64,000 nucleotides of DNA from an uncultured Porphyromonadaceae bacterium (lineage in GTDB: Bacteria > Bacteroidota > Bacteroidia > Bacteroidales > Muribaculaceae), in assembly GCA_947176915.1 (NCBI GenBank), contig CAMWSM010000003.1, positions 5,566 through 69,565 on the forward strand. Direction: 5' to 3'. The number at the start of each line of letters is the position of its first letter. Position 1 is the first letter of the stretch. The position numbers and the translations under genes were made by a program. Of the stretch, positions 62,101 to 64,000 are shown in pieces. The notes beneath the pieces were generated by a model that saw only the letters and a list, made by a program, of their open reading frames with translations, made no database searches and was not told the DNA's origin.

Positions 62101-63983
62101 CTCAGCTTGTTCGCATGGAGGTCGTAGCCCAGCTTCGCCGAGAGCACGTATCCGGCCTTGTCTGTGGAGTAGTCGCCCCAGGCGTCCAGCCTGTCGTACG
62201 GTGTCCCCGGGCCCGTGCCTCCGTCGGCGTTCTTGCCCCGTGCCGATACGAACGAATTGGTCCAAAGGCCTCTCAGCGCCTTGATGTTCCAGTCCGTGCC
62301 CGTGCCGTCCTTCTCAAACATCAAGTCGAAAAGCGCCTTGAAGTCGTCGATCGTGTCTTTCCATGCGTCATAGGAAGCCGCGAACGTATTGAACGCCGCC
62401 TGCGTCAGATAAGTGCTCGCCGCCGTGGACTTCGCCAGGTAGACGGAAGCCGCGTCGGTCTTTGTAAGGTAGACCGTGGCCGCGTCGGCTGATTTGAGGT
62501 AAGGCGACAGGGCCGAGGCCGTGATGTATCCCTTGTTGTTGACCCATGTCTCGGTGGCGTAGCCCGTCAGCGAAGGAATGTCGCTCTTCTTGGCGTAATC
62601 ACTCAAAGATGGAATGTCGCTCTTCTTCGCGTAGTCGTTGGTCGTGAGGTAATTCGCAAGCTCGGTGGTGTTCAGCCCCGTGTTGATTGTCTGATTGACC
62701 CACTTGGTGCCGTTGTAGACAAGAGCCTGGCCGCTCGCGGGATTGGAGAGGGCGACATCGTTCAGGTCCTTCAACGCCGACGCTCCCACGGGCCCGCTGT
62801 CCTGCCAGGGATTCCTTCCGCGTGCCGACACGAACGACTCCGACCACAGGCCGACGTTCGCCTTCAGCGACTTCGCCCTGATGCCCCCTGCCCCGTCGCT
62901 TTTCGTCGCATCGGCCCAAGGGATCGGATTGCCGTTTGCGTCGCAGGGGGTCAGCAGCCCCGTAAGCCCCGCGTTGAAGTTCAGAAGACTCTCCAAGGTC
63001 TCCTTAAGACTCTTGTCAGAGCCGTTGAGCGCGACCTTGATGCCCGACCCGAACGTCATCGTCCCGAGCGCGTCGAAACGTATGCCGTTGTCGTGGTTGC
63101 CGAGCCATCCGCTTCCGTCGGCCTCGAAACCGATGTTCCCCTTCGCGAAATAGGCCGAGCCGTCCATGCGCACCAAAGAGGCCGCATAGCCGGAGACCGA
63201 CGGAGAGGAGAGTGTGTTGCCGTCCTCGTCATAGAACCTATCCACCATCGGACCACCCCAGAACGACGCGATCGACTTCGGATTGTTGTAGAGGCCGCTG
63301 TGTCCGGCCCAAGTCTCCCTCTCGCCCGCCGCGTTGGTGGTGCCGAGCAGGATCGCCGACGTCAGCACAAGCCCGTTGATCACCTTCGTCGACTGATTCA
63401 GTGCCTTCCGCAGATACTTCGTGGCATCAAACGACTCAATCAAGTCACCCAACTTAGTGTCGCCGATACGGCTCCCGACAGAGAGAGCCACGTTGTGAAG
63501 GTTGAACTCCTTGTCCTTGTACTCGATGAAGGAACCGTCACTCTTCCCGCTTCCGGCCTCCTTGTCGCGGTTGCCGATGAACCATCTCGGAGTATCGCCG
63601 ATCTGTCTTCCGACAAAATAGTATTCCTCACCTTCCGCGTCTACTGAGTCAAGCCCCTCGATATATCTCTCATAGCCGCCCCCCACAACGTCACGAACCT
63701 TGATGTACTGACGCTGTTTGTCCGTGTAGTTGCCGTGATGCACAATCACGTCGCCCTCTGCCGGAACACCCGTGCCGTTCACGTCGGTATCGGACAGCAC
63801 CACATAGTCGGCTCCCACCTCAGTAACCCTGCGGCGGTAGAATTTCAGCGGGTCGTTTTCAGGCGTATAACGGTTGTTCCACGCCACATCGTCAACGTGG
63901 AAGAGATTCGCGACCGTACCCTCGTGCTGGTCGAAGTAACACTTATAGCCATTGTCAAGCTCTTCTACACGCGTGATCTCCAT
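53151..63983 (-). CDS. Giant modular tail fibre with C-terminal S74-type intramolecular chaperone; 5' end outside the window
   Basis: Over 3610 aa, Thr/Ala/Gly/Ser-rich with many internal repeats; SSDARLKR and a terminal coiled coil; frame remains open to the window edge. Confidence 0.9.
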   Translation of the reverse strand: MEITRVEELDNGYKCYFDQHEGTVANLFHVDDVAWNNRYTPENDPLKFYRRRVTEVGADYVVLSDTDVNGTGVPAEGDVIVHHGNYTDKQRQYIKVRDVVGGGYERYIEGLDSVDAEGEEYYFVGRQIGDTPRWFIGNRDKEAGSGKSDGSFIEYKDKEFNLHNVALSVGSRIGDTKLGDLIESFDATKYLRKALNQSTKVINGLVLTSAILLGTTNAAGERETWAGHSGLYNNPKSIASFWGGPMVDRFYDEDGNTLSSPSVSGYAASLVRMDGSAYFAKGNIGFEADGSGWLGNHDNGIRFDALGTMTFGSGIKVALNGSDKSLKETLESLLNFNAGLTGLLTPCDANGNPIPWADATKSDGAGGIRAKSLKANVGLWSESFVSARGRNPWQDSGPVGASALKDLNDVALSNPASGQALVYNGTKWVNQTINTGLNTTELANYLTTNDYAKKSDIPSLSDYAKKSDIPSLTGYATETWVNNKGYITASALSPYLKSADAATVYLTKTDAASVYLAKSTAASTYLTQAAFNTFAASYDAWKDTIDDFKALFDLMFEKDGTGTDWNIKALRGLWTNSFVSARGKNADGGTGPGTPYDRLDAWGDYSTDKAGYVLSAKLGYDLHANKLSKTEAASTYLTKTDAAATYQPKGNYLTSHQSLAAYLKSAVAADTYLSKTDAATLYQPVGDYLTEHQDIYRLTFASGTFSAKTYTPNSGAATVYIPTTTSHITEGTRLYFTEARAQSALSGHTGDTTVHITAAERTAWNAKLDKSVYDTFKAGYDTWKSTVDAFISEFNLYFELQGTTDATRKIKALFGLYSDSFISARGLNSAGGGGGNFGLMKDWPSSAPDKNGTDALSAYLGWGLKQAIADVNTRIDNLPTTSVNPYALTIQKNGTTVKTYDGSSAVTANITIGWADTASGRPSWIGASKPSYAFSELSSHPTTLAGYGITDAVAAIDGKDLSSNDFTDALLTKLNGIEDGANKYVHPTNGANTTISAANGRVLSAITVNAQGHVTSVSSKTLAAADIPTLAISKITGLQAALDSKLNASVFNDFMTLFNEYLELEEVNGVKRIKAKHGFYSVDFVSAKGLNSDAAAGSAFGLMRSWPATAPANTTTDALGANLGWGLKTDIDGLKGRVTALEGKNYLDALAISTTGSGNAVTSVSQSADKKTLTFTKGSTFLTAHQTLHTLTIQKNGTQAGTFKPNADATINLTDVASAATLSAHTGNGTVHITAAERTKWNTASSNLDTILGSDASGVIDKWDEIVAFLDTYTEADTLANLLGNKADKSVQVIAGTGLTGGGTLAADRTLSLAASGVTAGTYFKTTVDKYGRVTAGSNPTTLGGFGITNAYTKTEADDRYVNVTGDTMTGALTLPRLNIAGSASSSAYLTADSATNVYFNVGGRTQLVIDNASAVVRPGSSYNNVFSFGASSYRWANIYSVLGNFSGLITASAGIKIGDVTITYDSAQKGLKISGGGLYSETYISARGANSAGGSGTSFGRLDDWSNYNAKGTDALSATLGKGLLDRIVSLEGKNYLNDLAVVVSGSGNAVTAVTQSADRKTLTFTKGTTFLTSHQSLANYVTLNTAQTISGVKTFSNGFKLNTATSWTSGDRVIPFSQYDDMSVIRYYSDDGGKGLTFNPVTGALKAGSFVMRGGTSAQFLKADGSVDSTAYLASSSYTASNVLAKLLTVDGTGSGLDADLLDGVHNGDLTAKYLVAINDGTTDLNTLGAKSDKITYYYAGGGSTNANRPTTANPFGVFNLRVADGYMAQLAIQYDRPYTRYYNSSTWGAWNKIAFTTDNVASATKLQTARTIWGQSFNGTANVTGVLSLGSSYAEATGSGSRKTQYTGNGVKLIHDNSSAFGMTAYASDGTTSLGTVAASYAVNDALKWFFYGGSYTDPAIAVLPNKNVGIGTTDPGYKLHVVGSVRATTQVITPLVTNTAILTLNGTSGIYLKYNNDDTKALFLKDTAFKPWDAANNKLSLGTSSARWSNVYSVLGNFSGLLTVASSMKIGDCTVTWVAGKGLHFDRGIYSDGHVSARGANADGGSEGGLIQTVYGSKDLGKTFSDTTLTDTFNAFTINKIWTEKADKTALGSYYTKGETDTRLTNGTVTKVGTATKGSASLPVYINAGTPTACTASSLFSSLTTSNNAISMTVAGQTRTLTVPFATKSSYVASTSPIPATGQVLAYFSGQPTIGTDSGNAFKGSSATHTLWSFPDGGTSVSSGNVANVQVLRFSWGTTYFHEIFTSPNYNDVWHRSVISGTAKDWERFITTGNYTDHIKKIGTATVGSATRPVYLSGGTVTAGTYTFGNGSGNAPVSNGTVNTNLNADMLDGYHRNNLFNGTSAWMGGTTDLSQSIEVAGDANTYYPVIITVSDDKKLPTTVSVWKNLGSKTPSSYSGNHTNGTSSMWLLYRGRRSSWDGNGGHYQTLYRSMPYANLCAKTENNANVHGGLIVWLRGGGCQYYVSCTNAFTVTVSLTEHTLGTSGSTSYKVEPTTTLGNLGQLNTGFVLYGKATSASKLADNTAFKAWGQTFFENGVPKTVSGSLSSVGNITGSGAMTVSSTNGRLTLNGAATGLDLKFGNTDSKSVILNGTAFKPFDAATNNLTLGSASAVWSNVYSRNYTSDTTAYLSSGTATTSVIFRIGTTEVARLLQPNGYLGLGTTAPAYRLDVNGAVRANSGVIGNTADAFRAVNKSYGFIIRNDNSGTYFLLTAKDDAYGSYNALRPLRIDNATGRVQIGNGLTVNELKIGDCTVTWVAGKGLHFDKGIYSDDFVSARGANADGGSEGGLIQTVYGSKDLGKTFSDTTLTDTFNAFAINKIHDRVASLEGGSALSVATTGTGNAVTAISKSGTAITATKGATFLKTDGSNGTQAGASALIRKLTEASGDVADTTMFVTSHNAPSDTNSLFYRRPATKLWNYIKGKGDAEYQAKGSYVTTDTAQTISGKKSFSYSIGVAQTDGRGIGISLYNGTENSQTYGLFFGKTDTHGTHGSVTGDWATYLTMNGAATRGWVFRHKASDGTYSNVGSVSGSGVATMSRYRGAAVSSSWYDGRDHALLRNTGVPDDQDIYAPLWSAKTRAGSWECGTYTSNSLRFSYITDVDHDAKSNTATSQIILSSTGALTAAKFIRSGGTSAQFLKADGSVDATAYLSVSAAASTYVKKEGDTMTGALTVPTLTISNTEGKAHVAFSRAGYNYLTAPASGFFCFVADGKAVGDANSDLQIKANEILPGTTNLVTMGTSSRRWSNMYSVNANVSSAVKTPQVYSQTILKLVGVSEVQLKFNNTDERSVVLNSTAFKPFAAADGAIELGTDAARWKKVTACSMRLSSSTSGQGGDTYLELWRGTNASWRILNTSGDLKIQSNYTDKAGDYFSCMTLSYNTGNVSVLGHLLPVNGRTKNLGSAEKRWNEAYCQWAYVCTADKVDKSALASATKIGGGYFDLHHATPYIDFYFGNSATYTSRIIAEASGRLKVTGTLRVVTGMYSDGYVSARGQNTSSDARLKRGLTPFEIELGKIAEAPSVGFEWLDGSRDVGSVAQYWRGVCPLLTPEGPDGYLTLQYGKTALLASITIARRVMSHEERIARLERENEELKRKIEVLESGRVQGG
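55512..57949. repeat. 221-bp near-identical direct repeat inside the tail fibre (55512-55732 and 57729-57949)
   Basis: Both copies encode IGDCTVTWVAGKGLHFD.GIYSD..VSARGANADGGSEGGLIQTVYGSKDLGKTFSDTTLTDTFNAF; offset 2217 bp. Confidence 0.92.
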
Positions 63984-64000
63984 CTGTGCGGCGGATTCAA

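Overview
The window is about 64 kb of a temperate, long-tailed (siphovirus-type) phage of a Bacteroidales host. The host call rests on TTTG-N20-TAnnTTTG promoters, a Bacteroidetes-type MutS N-terminus and a Bacteroidales-type tyrosine integrase. Layout: (i) 1-6.6 kb, rightward early cassette with a MoxR AAA+/vWA-like pair, a MutS-domain-I/beta-clamp-like fusion and a serine recombinase. (ii) 6.6-28.7 kb, leftward early/middle operon of small accessory ORFs, replication and recombination genes and an antirepressor, interrupted by an intact IS21 (8976-11630, 5-bp target duplication). (iii) 28.7-31.8 kb, lysis/lysogeny switch, immunity cassette and a probable intact attP. (iv) 31.8-33.1 kb, integrase. 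(v) 33.1-64 kb, leftward late genes in permuted order: giant tail fibre (over 3610 aa, 5' end outside the window), adhesin, lysis genes, Zn-ribbon protein plus five tRNAs, head, neck, tail, an inserted regulatory cassette, then the tape measure gene. Terminase and portal are not in the window. The most promising leads are three tRNA-shaped RNAs without a usable anticodon arm, the MutS-I/clamp fusion with a second two-domain clamp-like gene, a Ser-less acyl-carrier-protein look-alike, a four-copy intergenic palindrome, a 24-bp box shared by two late-region promoters, several promoter-plus-attenuator small RNAs, and in-frame repeats in the tail fibre. All family assignments come from motif recognition by eye, not database searches, and RNA folds are hand-derived.
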